A stretch of 63,862 nt of DNA, counting the filler, from Craspedostauros australis (Eukaryota): assembly GCA_030167865.1 (NCBI GenBank). It is 12 parts of 12 records of this genome, joined end to end, with 100 filler letters (N's around TTAATTAATTAA, not from the genome) between each part and the next. Parts side by side here need not be neighbours in the genome. Positions count along the whole stretch, not along the records: positions 31,462 to 36,426 come from JALAGF010001880.1; positions 36,527 to 45,713 come from JALAGF010001881.1; 10 more parts are not named here. One strand, given 5' to 3'. The notes under the pieces are model-generated. The model was not told the DNA's origin. It saw only the letters and a list, made by a program, of their open reading frames with translations, and made no database searches. Below, in pieces: positions 32,874 to 44,812 of this stretch (its first letter is position 1; each line of letters starts with the position of its first letter). Made by a program: the position numbers and the translations under genes.

Positions 32874-35800
32874 CTACCTGGCCCTCTTGCTCCGTCTTAG
32901 GGTGGTTGATGCAGGGTCGTCGCGTGCGCGTTTGGTTCTTCTTGGTGCCAGGCAGAGCACAGCATGCGCGCCATGTTTTGCGGTTTTACTACGGCGCATA
33001 CTCATTGCTTCCATCTGATTCTTCAGGATGAAGGAATCATCCACCACGAAAGGAACGTATGGAAAACTTTTTCTGGAGTTCCAAGCAACTGCGCTTCGCG
33101 TACCTGCAGCAGTGTAGATCCGGTCTTCGCCAAAGAGAGGGTGCAGTCCGGGGTTCGCCACTGCGGAGGCATTTTTCTCGTAAATGGCCATTTTTGGGCT
33201 TGTATCCTCGGAGTAATCTTTGGCTTGGATACAGATTGTTCGCAAACTGTAGATCTTCTTACCTGTGGTGTCCGTCTTCTCCGTAAGGAAGGTGACGTAG
33301 GCATCTGCGAACTCACTGCTACCTTCTGCAACGTGGATGAGTGGCAGGTTGAAGATAAGTTCCACGACGTCTGTGGTTGTGCTGTGAGATGCGTTGGCGG
33401 GAGCGGGAGCGGCAACGGCAACGGCGGCCGGTTTCGCGTCTCCGTCGAGTGCTTTGTGAGATGTATTGGTGGAGTTGTTGATTCCCGCCGCGGCAATGGG
33501 ATGGATGGCTTGGGGCACAGTGGGGGCTTTCTGCTTGTGGTCTTGCTGGTCGTGGCATTGTTGTTCGGCCTCCCAGAGCACACGGAGTTGGTGGAGTAAG
33601 TCACGATCGACGAAAATTGGATGACAGGACTTCAACCAGTCTGTGATATCTTCTGCTTTGCCGCCCTTCAGCGGAACGCGACGTATGCATCTGCCTTCAG
33701 ACATGAACATTGCATCCATGTTGCGGAATATGGCACCCAAGGCTTTTGCGGTAGCAGCGTCGACGTCGTTCGTGCGTTTTACAGCAGCAGCCTTGATGGC
33801 TTCCATGAATTGTGAACCAACATCAGCATCAACAGCAGCTTTGGTGTCGTTCACGCGTTGTGCATCAACAGCAGCCGCGATGCTTTTCTCGAGTTGTGCA
33901 GCAACATCACCGGTGATGGCTTCCGTGAGTCGTGCATCAACAGTAGCGGCGATGGCTTGCTTGAGTTGCGCATCAACATCAGCGGCGGTGGCTTCCGTGA
34001 GTCGTGCATCAACAGTAGCGGCGATGCTTTTCTCGAGTTGTGCAGCAACATCACCGGTGATGGCTTCCGTGAGTCGTGCATCAACATCAGCGGCGATGGC
34101 TTGCTTGAGTTGCGCATCAACATCAGCGGCGGTGGCTTCCGTGAGTTGCGCACGAGCAGCGGCGATGGCGATGGCTTCCGCGAGTTGTGCATCAACAGCA
34201 TCGGCGATGCTTTCCTTGAGTTCTGCACGAGCAGCGGCGGTGGCTTCCTTGAATTGTGCAGCAACATCACCGGTGATGGCTTCCGTGAGTTGTACATCAA
34301 CAGCAGCGGCGATGGCTTCCTTGAGTTGCGCATCAACATCAGCGGCGGTGGCTTCGTTGAGTTGTGCAGCAACAGCACCGGTGATGGCCTCCGTGAGTTG
34401 TGCATCAACAGCAGCGGTGATGGCTTCCTTGAATTGTGCAGCAACATCAGCGGTGATGGCTTCCGTGAGTTGTGCATCAACAGCAGCGTCGATGGCTTTC
34501 TGGAGTTGTGCACGAGCAGCGTCGATGGTTCCGTTGAGTTGAATATCAGCGGCGGTGGTGCCTTCCTGGAGTTGTGTAAGAGTAGAAGCCATGATGCGCT
34601 CCTTGTCCGCGTCGCTCTTGACGGAAGTCATCATTGACTTGTGGAAGTACACCCGAGGAATCTTGAGGTCTCTTGGAAGTAGTGCCAGGTGGGTACGCTT
34701 GAGAGTCCAAAAGTCAGAACCGGCGCGTTCGTTCACGATTTGCTCTCCGTCGATCGTTTTGCATGTGTAGCGGGTTGGCTGGTCGGCATCCGGGTATGGG
34801 TTGATTTTCATCCCGACCTTGCCCAGAGCAGCAAAGATGTCTGCTTCCTGCTGCTGAATCGTGTCAGAATTGGAACCATTGGCGGGAGCAGCAAGGACGC
34901 GCCCATCATCATCTTTCTTCACGACGGAGGACGCAGCGATGGCGGCCCCGGCCAGCAGCGCAGTGAGGGTTTCAAAGCTGGCCGAGGTTGTTCCGAGAAA
35001 CGATTTCTCAGCCGCAGTTGCTTCACCGCCTTGGATGAGCCAAAGGCAAAGGAGCTGCATGGCATCGCTGAGCGCGAACGGACTTGCCTGCGGCTTGCTC
35101 TTATCGTCACCCGTGAGTGGCCTTGCGGTGACTAAGCCATAATCGACGACCAACCGACGCATGATGGAACCGCCCAGGTCACCCTTGAAGCGTTGGAAGG
35201 TGATCCCGTAATCCATGTTGTTCAGTTGTTTATCGGAGAGCTTTTCACTGAAATCTTTATCCTGTTGGAAAAGAAGAACTGCCAAAGCCTGGGATGCTGT
35301 GAGCCGCGCAAGGTACGGATTGTTCACCAGAGTACTCATGCCATTGCTTTTCATGAAGACTTTGAAGGTTTTGGAAAGGATGGCATTCTGCTCGTATTCA
35401 TTCTCACTTGACTTCTTTCCCTGGTCTCGGTTGATGTTTTCTTGCCTTTTTGACGCCCGCATGTAGATTGAGATCATCCGCGCGTTGGAATCAACGATGG
35501 CCTTGAGAAGAGGGGAATGCTCAAGCTCTTTGTACTCCGGTATGATGGTATTCTTTTCGTCTTTCACGTATTCGCTGCGAAGAATGTGGTAGACGTCTGC
35601 GGCATTCACCTTTGCAGAAGTATCGAGGTGAGTGAAGTTCTTGTGGTTTGATCCCACCCGTGTTTGGTCGGCACCGGTGCCTGCCACAGAGAATAGGACT
35701 TTGATGTCAATGTGGTTGAGAACACAGGGGAGTGTGTCTGCATTTGAGGAGCCTTGTGATGCTCCCACTGCAGAGGGACCGGCTTGGTTCGTGGCCTTTT

Positions 35801-36426
35801 CGGCGCATATGTCCCGGATGAACCCCCCCAGATCCGTTCCAAAGTCATTGTAGCTGTCGATGATGGCCCGGACGAAGTTTGGGGACTTGCTTGCTTCGTC
35901 AATCCCAACGACGATGAGCAGTGTGGTTTTCTCTTGCATCTTACCATCCAACATTTGCAGGAAGTCGCCAAGCCTGCCGAGACTTGTTTTGTCTTCCGTG
36001 AGGACCGATTCGACTTGATGTGCGAGCTTCTTCCAGGAGTTGATCTTTCGGTCGTTCTTGACTTCATCATCATCCGGTGAATCGAGAAGTTGCACATCGG
36101 TAGTGTTGAGCATGATGGTGAACAGAGCGTCTCTGGTGTATGCGCTCGCCGCAAGCTCCACGGTCTTGCCGCTACCACTCTCTTCGTAGTACACATGAAC
36201 CAGGTTGGACGTGTCGATGTCTGGTGGGGTCGGCGCCGCAATGAAGACTTTGTCGGGGACCACGTCGTCGGTTCCTCCATGTCGAAAGTTGGGCTTGCCG
36301 ATGTAGTGTGCGAAGCCATTAGCTTCTTTGCCGGTGGTGTCCGAGGTGTACTTCAGACCACGAAAGCCCTTGGGGTCTTTACCGCGGATCTTCGTCAACA
36401 GGTCGAGAACTGATTGGCGTGGGTTC
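32874..36426 (-). CDS. Large 5'-partial protein: P-loop NTPase, internal 12-aa tandem repeat, C-terminal PD-(D/E)xK-like nuclease (Crinkler/RHS-type effector-like)
   Basis: ORF of more than 1180 codons open to the gap; Walker A-like VYYEESGSGKT, Walker B-like IVVGIDEA, C-terminal FADAYV...CIQAKDY, basic C-tail. Family assignment is from motifs only. Confidence 0.7.
33790..34560 (-). repeat. Coding minisatellite, ~36-bp unit (some 30-bp), about 20 copies encoding (A/D)VDAQL(K/T)EAI(T/A)A
   Basis: Recurrent gcatcaaca(g/t)cagcgg(t/c)gatggcttcc(g/t)tgagttgt; periodicity seen in all overlapping frames. Confidence 0.93.
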
Positions 36427-36526
36427 NNNNNNNNNNNNNNNNNNNNNNNNNNNNNNNNNNNNNNNNNNNNTTAATTAATTAANNNNNNNNNNNNNNNNNN
36501 NNNNNNNNNNNNNNNNNNNNNNNNNN

Positions 36527-37087
36527 GCGGCTCTTGGATGCCGGGTTGGCGCGATCGGCAGCGCGGAACAAGTTGATGGATGTTTGGGTGAGGATGAGTG
36601 CCGGTGCACAATCCTCGATGACCTTGTTCATCTTGGTGAGAGACTTGACGAGCGGTGGTCCGGGAGGGTAGACCAGGACAGCTGTCACTCCTGCACGGAG
36701 ACATCCCACGAACACGGCGAAGAAGTGGAGTCCGAAGTCGTAGCAGAGGACGACACGGTCATCTTTCTTGGCGCCCCATTTGTTGCGAAGGAGGTGGGCG
36801 CAGTGTCCTGCTTCATCCCAGAGCTGCTGGAAGGTGTAGTTGTTGGTTGCCTTGCCTTTTTCATTGTACCAGGTGGAGAAGACAGTGTCGGACTTGAGTT
36901 CGACGATGTACTTGATGTGTTCGATGAAGGACTTGGTTTGGATGGACTTGTGGATGATCTCGTGCTCAGTGATGATGGTGTTGGCCTTGGTGGTGCCAGC
37001 TTCGATGTCGTTGACAGAGACAACATCGCGCTGTGCTTGCACAGCCGTGGAGCTCTTCGGGTCCACACAATAGGGTTGTTTATCCAT
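36527..37087 (-). CDS. Fatty acyl-AMP ligase-like adenylation enzyme, N-terminal fragment (3' truncated by gap)
   Basis: VFSTWYNEKG..YTFQQLWDEA..AHLLRNKWG.KKDDRVVLCYDFGLHFFAVFVGCLRAGVTAVLVYPP matches the FAAL/ANL N-terminal region. Confidence 0.82.
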
Positions 37088-37262
37088 GGTGACGAAACAC
37101 TTTCTGTGGGAGGATGATTATGCTGTGTTTGTTCGTTAGTTTTGTGAGTTTGTGAGTTTGTTTGTTAGTTTATTTTGTGTCGGCATGCATTTGATTTGTA
37201 TTTCGTTGCGCGTTTGAGACACCTCTCCAGCCAATCTTCGTGGTTGAAGTCCAAACAACCGC

Positions 37263-37340
37263 GGCAACAGCGAAGCAAGTGTGAAGAGCTCAATCCAGAG
37301 GCAACGGCAGAAGCAAGTGTGAAGAGCTCAATCCGGAGGC
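37263..37340 (+). repeat. Direct tandem duplication, 2 x ~37 bp
   Basis: ggcaacagcgaagcaagtgtgaagagctcaatccaga / ggcaacggcagaagcaagtgtgaagagctcaatccgga. Confidence 0.9.
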
Positions 37341-37630
37341 CTCGCCACCTTTCGAGGGAGGGGTAATCCTCAGCTCTTCCCCCAACAACCACGAGTGGAT
37401 TTCGGTGGCGGATGCAACAGCGGTGGTTCCACGACCAGATCAATAATCAAAGGGGGTCACTTTTCCGCAAGGGGCACCAGGAAATTCATTTAACCCAGCC
37501 CGTCTCCACAGACGCGCCACAGCGACGCTGGTTTCCCCAAGCCGATTTGAAGTTTTGTGGGCCGATCGAAGAAATGGAGCCACACAGGTCAAACACAGTT
37601 GCACACGCTGCATACGAGCTATGTACGTCA

Positions 37631-38204
37631 GACCCACTTGAGTGACGGGACCTGCAGTCCGTCCTGGAAGGGTGGCAACTTACGGGGCTTTCGACCAAAA
37701 AACTCACATATTAATAAAATAGACAGACATAAGAATCATAGTGGACGCCGGTTTTTCTCTAAGATCTTATTTTAATTTTTATGGACCTCTCGACTTTGCG
37801 GCCATCTAGACACGGCTAGCGCACTACGGCCAGATTTGGTATCTTGGTGCCTTCGCTGGTGTGTTCTGACAGGTAAAACGATGACGCGGCTGAAATGCCA
37901 AGTACTGTCCGCAACCCGTCAAAAAAGTGCTTTCCCGAACGTGTCTGCGCACATTGCTTTGTTTGCATCGGAAAAACTAGTAGATGTCGTCCTTTCATGA
38001 CGAAGCAGCGTGCATATTCGACCAGGAGGACCGTAAATCTACAAAGATCCATAAAACTAAAAATGAGACATTAAAGCAAAATCGGCGTCCACTATGATTC
38101 TTATATTCGTATCTGGTTTATGGTTATGTGAGTAGTTTGGTTGAAATCCTCATGTGCTTCCGACACCCCAGGACCGACTGCAGGTCCTGTCACTCAAGCA
38201 GGTC
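37631..38204. mobile_element. MITE / non-autonomous DNA transposon with ~180-bp imperfect terminal inverted repeats
   Basis: Left gacccacttgagtgacgggacctgcagtccgtcctgg...ataagaatcatagtggacgccg...ttttatgga matches the reverse complement of the right arm gacctgcttgagtgacaggacctgcagtcggtcctgg...ataagaatcatagtggacgccg...ttttatgga; no coding capacity; no clear TSD. Confidence 0.85.
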
Positions 38205-38691
38205 CTATCTTGTGTTCGGCCTCCACCCTCACAATTCTCAGCCCGCAATCGGCAGCGTGGATCAAGGATGGCTGTGGATGCAATGGCAACCGTGCATGCA
38301 AAAGAAATGCGACGAGGATCTCCTCTCTGTTCGAAATGCTTGGATGCGGCGCTGTTGTTAATGTTCACTTCGTTGTCAACGCTGGTGTTCTGATATTCAA
38401 GGCGTGAAAGTAACAAACAGCTAGTCTGCTCCTCGATTGGGCAAGATATGGACGTTTTTCGCGATGCTGTAGTTACCAAACCCTAACCGTTTCCGACCAT
38501 CCACAGATCCACGACAAAGATCGCAACAGATTCCCCAACAGCGCCATCGCATCCATCGCCTCCTGTGTTGCTGATCATTGGATCGTGGGCAGTGCACCAT
38601 TACAGAATCACACTTCAATAACTTGAACGCTGCATTTCCAACTCAAACGCACGAAGCCAACCCTCGGTAACTCCCTCCGTTTTGGCTAACG

Positions 38692-39657
38692 ATGATCCCA
38701 TTCCCAACCTTCCTTTGGCGTCCACTGCTCTTGCTATCGGCACTTCTATGTCTGAATCTCAATCCGGCTGAATGCTCGCCCTTCTCTCTCGATAGTTCTC
38801 CTTGGTTATCGTCTTCATCGTCGTCGTCGCCATCATCATCAGCACCATCGCTGCCGTTGCCGCATCAGCAACCACTGCCGTCTGCGATGCTTGGATCCAA
38901 ATTCTGCCGCAGCTTCGGCACGTGCCGATGGTTTCTGTCGCGACAAACATCCGTCAGCACGCAAACGGCACAGCACTTACTCGCGGAGACTCCGACAAGA
39001 TCCACCATTGCTGCCAACTTACGAACACGAGGCGGTGGAGGAAGTGGCGGATCACAATCGTACAGCAGCAACAACCGCGATGATGACAAGTTCAAGATTG
39101 TGGATGAACAAATTGTCTATCAAAACTTCCGCACCATTTTGCAGCGTCGGATCCGCATGCCCAAGACGGGCAAGATCGTCAATTTCGATCTCGTTGGTGT
39201 CAAGAATTCCGAAATGGCCGTGCTGGTCTTCGCTTGGGATACCCGCACCAAGACCGCTACGATGATTCGTGAATACATGCCAGGCCCCAACCGCGTGCTG
39301 TGGGGCATCGCAGCAGGTCTGGTGGAACCGTCCAAGCACGAGGATGATGCCAGAGTGGCGGGGGAGCATGAACTGGAGGAAGAATGTCATTTGATAGGTG
39401 GAGAATGGTACTTGGTGTCAGAGAATTGTGCAATGGACAAGTACGCGACGATGAACATCTCGGTGTACCTCGTGGTGGACCCTGTTCAAGCAGTTGATCC
39501 GAAACCGATGGATGAAGAAGAGGACATCGAGATTGTTCCAGGCGTGACGATCGAAGAGATCATGTTAAGTCTGACTCGCGGTGAAATGAATGTAGTTGGT
39601 GGATTTGGGTGTCTGATGGCGATTACCAAGCTGCGGGAACTGGGATTGTATTCATAG
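38692..39657 (+). CDS. Nudix hydrolase (ADP-ribose pyrophosphatase-like) with N-terminal signal/targeting peptide
   Basis: MIREYMPG, Nudix-box variant AAGLVE...AGEHELEEE, MDEEEDIEIV; hydrophobic N-terminus followed by a Ser-rich stretch. Confidence 0.87.
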   Translation: MIPFPTFLWRPLLLLSALLCLNLNPAECSPFSLDSSPWLSSSSSSSPSSSAPSLPLPHQQPLPSAMLGSKFCRSFGTCRWFLSRQTSVSTQTAQHLLAETPTRSTIAANLRTRGGGGSGGSQSYSSNNRDDDKFKIVDEQIVYQNFRTILQRRIRMPKTGKIVNFDLVGVKNSEMAVLVFAWDTRTKTATMIREYMPGPNRVLWGIAAGLVEPSKHEDDARVAGEHELEEECHLIGGEWYLVSENCAMDKYATMNISVYLVVDPVQAVDPKPMDEEEDIEIVPGVTIEEIMLSLTRGEMNVVGGFGCLMAITKLRELGLYS

Positions 39658-40267
39658 GGACTTTTTAATGGAGTACAGCATCAAGCAGCCTTTGCTGATG
39701 CGCTCGTGTGCCGTGCCTTGCGTTACTTTGCTGTGGCATGCGTGTGCTGGATCCGTTCCATTGTTTCACTGATTCTAATTCTATTCTACCCAGGCGCTGA
39801 CCCCTGCAGTTTGTTGTTCGCGGCCTCCGACGCTGCGGTGGTAAGTCCTGCGGCGATCTTGTTGCATGTAATCTCTCTCTCTAGTAGCTGTGGATGGCAT
39901 CTACTTCGGTTGGTCATTGACAGACCTGACTTGATTGAGAGTTTCCGCTGCTCGAGGAATGTTGCGATTGTGGTTGGCGTGTCCTAATCGCTTCGATGTT
40001 CCTCCTCGAACTATTAATAGTAAGCCAATGAGTCGAAGACCCCACAACTCTCAATGGCTCTGAAAACATGAATGTAGAGAATGAGCAATGTTCGAAACGA
40101 CGACACGCAGCCCCAAGTGTCGCTAGGCAGAACACGATTCTCACAAGTTCACGCTGCAAGGTTGCGTCGTCTTACGGATACTTGTGCTGACATGCCGTCT
40201 GAGATGCACACATACGATTTCTCACGTTTTCTATTGCGTACACACCAACAACATTTCAACTTGCTGC

Positions 40268-43200
40268 CTACTCATAATCCGAACTGTATTTCTGCACCAA
40301 CATTTCAACCTTCTTGTTCGCTCTCCATTCTTTGTACAGATCGATGGACGCTTTCAGATGCTCTTCTGCCTTCGCTTTCTCACCTATACTTGCGTAGAAC
40401 GCGGAGCACCTCTCATTCGCAAGTGCTTCATTGTGAGTATGCTTCTGCTTTTGCAGCATGCGAATGCCAGCTTCATATCGCTCGATCGCTTTCTTGCCCC
40501 TCTTCTTCAAGAAGCATTGCTCGGCTTCCAAAACTGCGATGGAATGCGAGCAGTTTGGATTTCCTTTCTTCTCCCACCTCTTCAATATCTTCAAGAACTT
40601 GCGAGCGTGCTTGGTGTAGTATGATGGTTTGCATTTGTGAGCCATGCACAAGCAGCAAAGGGCACTGTGAAATAGCGCTGGATAAAGGCCAAAGCTGGAT
40701 GGCATCGTTTTGAGCCACTCGAGACAGGATTGGATTGCGATCTGAGATCCCAGCTCATGCTCACCAAAGTATGTCGCAAGGTACAGCTGGTACACGCCCT
40801 TCGCTCGATTGTGCATGCTTGCTGTTGGGTGGCCCTCCTCGTACAGCTCCTCTGTTTCATCGCATGCATCCCCAATGAGTTTCGTCGTGTGGTTGGAAGC
40901 ACCTCGAAGATTCAAGACGTCCTGCCAGATCATGAGGCATAACTGATATTGACTGTTTTGTTGGCAATCCCTCATGGTGTTGGCATGCGTTGATGCATCT
41001 GCATCGACGGAGAGGAGTGATCTTCCTGTCAAAAGTTTTCCAAGGAGATGAGAGTGCAAGCACCAAGCTCCCGACTCCACATCACCAGTCGACATGCTTG
41101 ATCTAGCAGACTCCAAAAATGTAGGGAAAGTCTCCACAAGTGGATGTCTCCAGTGATGCAAGCTGCCATAGCAGTATAGTCGAATCCTTCCATCACAAGT
41201 ACGGTCGTCCGATGCCTTGGCAACCCTGAGAGCCAGCCTCCCGCATCTATATGCCAAGTCAATGTCCTCCAGGACAAAAGCGAGGAGGAGACCCTGGAAA
41301 GGCAGAGCTGTCCCCGAATGTATCGTGATTCCTTGCTTCAAGCTCACCTTCAATGCTTTCGCTGCGAGCACAGGGATCAACTCTGGGGCATTCAAGTATG
41401 ATGTCATGCTCAACTTGTCCAATGTCTTCATGATGGCTTGGTGGTGCTCGTCATTCGACAACGAGAGGCTGTGCTCCATCTCTGCTTCCAACCGTCGGAT
41501 TGTGCTCTTGGCTGTCATCAAGCCTCGGAGGACATACATCGCTTGGCCAAAGCTAGATGAAGGAAGCTTGCAGCCATGCTGTGACAGCAGGTCCAGACAC
41601 CTATCCGCAGGTCATTCTCCACTGGTACCATGCGTTTGAGCAGAGGCTATATCGATCAGCACGTGATATGCATGCACTTTGCTCAATATGCCGCAGTCCT
41701 GATTGGTGACGATCTTGCAGTACGATTTTGCCTTGGCGAAGCTGGTGGTCATGAAATGGATCTCTGCTGCCGACGAATACAGCTCGAGGCTCTGTTCGGA
41801 TGAGGATTTCCAGTGATCGTCTGGGAGGAGATTGATCGCCATGTCAAAGTACGAAGATGCCAGATGGAAGGCTGATGCACTGGCAGCCTGCTGACCAGCT
41901 TTACGGTTGAGCAGGATGATCTTCATGCGATGATCCAGCTTGCGATGGGTGGGCATGAGATCGGGTCTTGTGTTGAGGAGATTCGTGATCATGAAGATCT
42001 TGTCGCTGAGCTCGTCGTCCGACAGCGCGTACAGGAGGATCTCGTCAACACGATACTTGAGCTCCGAGAGCTGGTCTTCGGTTGGAATCATGGACAGCGC
42101 GGCTTCTTGGACCTTGTCGTGGATGAAGGAGTATTGCAGGGATTTTGATCGCTTCGTGTTTGCGCTTACGGTTGTTACTTGTGGTTATGCTCGTGTTTGT
42201 GCCAGACATTCGGCGGAAGCCATCATTGGTTGACGTGAGGCTGCTTGTACGAGCACGTGATGATTTAACCTTCTCGATCAATGCTTCCGAGCAGAATGCC
42301 TTGAGCATGCTCATGATCTCTGTCTCCTTCGTCATCTTGGTGCCTTGGAACACCTCGCGGAAGAACTTGGAGTGACTGGAGTGGGTGAAGAGGCACATGG
42401 TGACGGCGCAGACATGCGAAGCAGAGAAGGTGGCTCCGAGGCAGGCTGCGATGGACAGCACCCAGTGCTTGGAGGCGGACTTTCGAAGCCTCGTCTTCAT
42501 GAGGTCTATGATGGTGTCACCCAAAACCGCTGAGTCGGAGGTGATTGTATTGATGTCCCAGGTCTAAGCTGGTGGGCGACTGGCATCGTTCGCTGCTGCT
42601 CCTGCTGTTGTTTCAACCGACGGGAGTGGATTTTGGACGATGAGGCCATCCATGACGAGCGAGTCGAGGTACGGCTGGATGAAGAACATGTTGCCTCCAG
42701 TCTTGTTATGTACGATCCGCGCCAGCGGCATGAAGTGCGCAAGCGATGGTTCAGCTTCGGAATGATCGGGATGATCACCTTCATCTTCCTGATGCGAAGA
42801 TACCTGAAAGAGTCGCTGTAGGTACGCAGCCACGTCATCCACGCTCAAGTCCTCCACAGAGAGCTTGATGCTCCAAATGGATCTCTCTCGCTTCGATTCT
42901 TCCAATGATATCAGCGTCGCCTTGAGAGCCTGATTCGCATCCAACATGTTGGAGCGATACAGGCCGATGATGGTCAATGAGGCACTGCAGCTGTCCATCA
43001 ACCAGGATTGGATGAGGCCCAGTGATGCTCGATCGGCCCACTGCAGATCATTGATGACCATCACGACTGGACAGTAGCTGCAGAGTATCTGCATGAAACT
43101 GCGTAGTACGTAGGTGATTCGTTGTGTGTGGCTCTTGTAGTTGACGGAAGATCCTCCGCCCGCTAGACGGCTGAAGGTTGAGGCAGAGATAGAAGCATCA

Positions 43201-44036
43201 GAAACGTCATGCAGTGATGGTGGCGAAGATACTACGGTCCCGAGATTCATTCCGCCAGCGGATTGGTGGGACGTTCTCAGAGCCATGATGATCTCGATAT
43301 TCGGAATGATGTTGGAGAGGAGCTCCGGCTCCACTGCTGTCAACCCTTTCAACACCAACGATGCGAGCGTCCGTTTCCTGAATTCGGAGCCCTGGTTTCG
43401 TGCTTGATGTCCTGCCGAGGCTTTCATTTCTGCATTGGCCCTGTTGGCCACTTGCTCGCACAGTTCCATCATGGCTTGCTGGATTCCGGCGTAGGGGACG
43501 CTCTCCTTCTTGGAAGCCAGTTCGCATTTCCCGGTTGCGAAGAAGCCACGAAAGGGTGTTTCCCCATCGGTGGCATGCGAAGATTGGGTGCCTGGATCTG
43601 AGTTGTCCGATGCTGCCGCTGCCGGAGCCAACAGACTCTCTCGCACATGCTCGACGAGAGCTGATTTGCCGCTTCCTGATTGACCAGAGATCAACACCAA
43701 TGACCGGGTATGATTTTGGACTGCAACTTATGTTGGCACTCGTGCTGCAGCTCGCCATGCCGATGGATTCTCCGTCTTTGGTTGGCTCTTGCTGCTGCCG
43801 TTGCCGTTGCTGCTACTGCTACCGCTGCTGCTACTATCGGTGGCGCTTTGGCCAAATGCGGCGATTGATGCCTCGGCGTCGCCGGGTGCAGACTATTGAC
43901 CGAAAGACGCTGGCTTCTTGACCTTGGCGGACGCTTTTTGGATAGCATGGCGCAGGATGCGGATCTCCTTGTCCCGTCCCACCAGACCGACCTTGTCGAA
44001 CGCGAGGTGCGTCGCTACGTTTGACTCTGTTGACAT
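40268..44036 (-). pseudogene. Pseudogenised STAND-type AAA ATPase + helical/TPR-like protein
   Basis: LVGRDKEIRIL, LISGQSGSGKS, INDLQWAD, KTGGNMFF, YSFIHDKVQEAA, ALANER. In-frame stops TAG (43893-43895), TAA (~43729), TAG (42564-42566), TGA (41612-41614) and one frameshift at ~42140-42185. Confidence 0.85.
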
Positions 44037-44812
44037 TGTCGACGTAGAAAAGATGCAGTGCTGTTCTGTGTTTGCTTCTGTGATTGCTTCTGTGATTGTT
44101 GTAAGCTTTTGAAGTGTTGTCGAGGTGTTGCCGCGGGTGTTGTCAGAACTGTGAAGTTGGCGTGATGTTGTGGGATGGAGAAACAGATTGCGGCCACAGC
44201 GCCTCCACCAGGAATCTTGTGTGGCCGGGACAGCCCATGGGGGCTTGTTCGCCACAGCTGTTCGGGTTGTCTGGCTGGTTGCCTGAATGCCATGATAAAT
44301 CGTATTCGCGGCTTAAGGATGGTGGTTGTGCTAGTACTCGTATCGCCTGTTGCTTCACTTTGATGTTACCTTGGCTTCTCTTGTTCAAGTGTGAAAGAGC
44401 CAGCAATGTCCTTCCTTCGATACATGTCGGGAGGGCGTTTGGCGGCCTTTCATGTTTTCGGTTCGGACTTGTTTGTTTGTTTCTTTGTTTGTGTTGATGA
44501 ACGTGGAGATGAGGACATCGACCCATGACAGTTTCGCACCGAGCACAGCGCCATTGTTGCGCTGGTAGGCAGTCCCTTGCCTCCCTGTCGCTGAGGTCCC
44601 CAGCCAACGAAACCTATCTACAACACCATAGTACTCGTTTGCGCGAGCTAGCCTACTCTACACCGATTTCATAAACTTCTCATTTATTCACTGATGTGGA
44701 CATGTACCTATGTGGTATTCATGAGTGACCAAGGCTGCACTCCACAGGCGTTCTTCCCGCGCAGCATGGCCATCATCATCATCATCATGCTGTCAATCCC
44801 AATTCAGGAGCC

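Noticed and set aside
33790..34560. CRISPR array
   Set aside because: Contiguous in-frame units with no unique spacers; eukaryotic context, no cas genes.
33643..34637. Overlapping ORFs of 220-299 aa across the repeat
   Set aside because: Shadow frames of the stop-free 36-bp minisatellite.
40268..44036. Stop-codon reassignment or readthrough in the STAND ATPase gene
   Set aside because: All three stop types occur plus a frameshift, and other genes use the standard code; pseudogene is simpler. An intron could remove the first two stops but not the rest.
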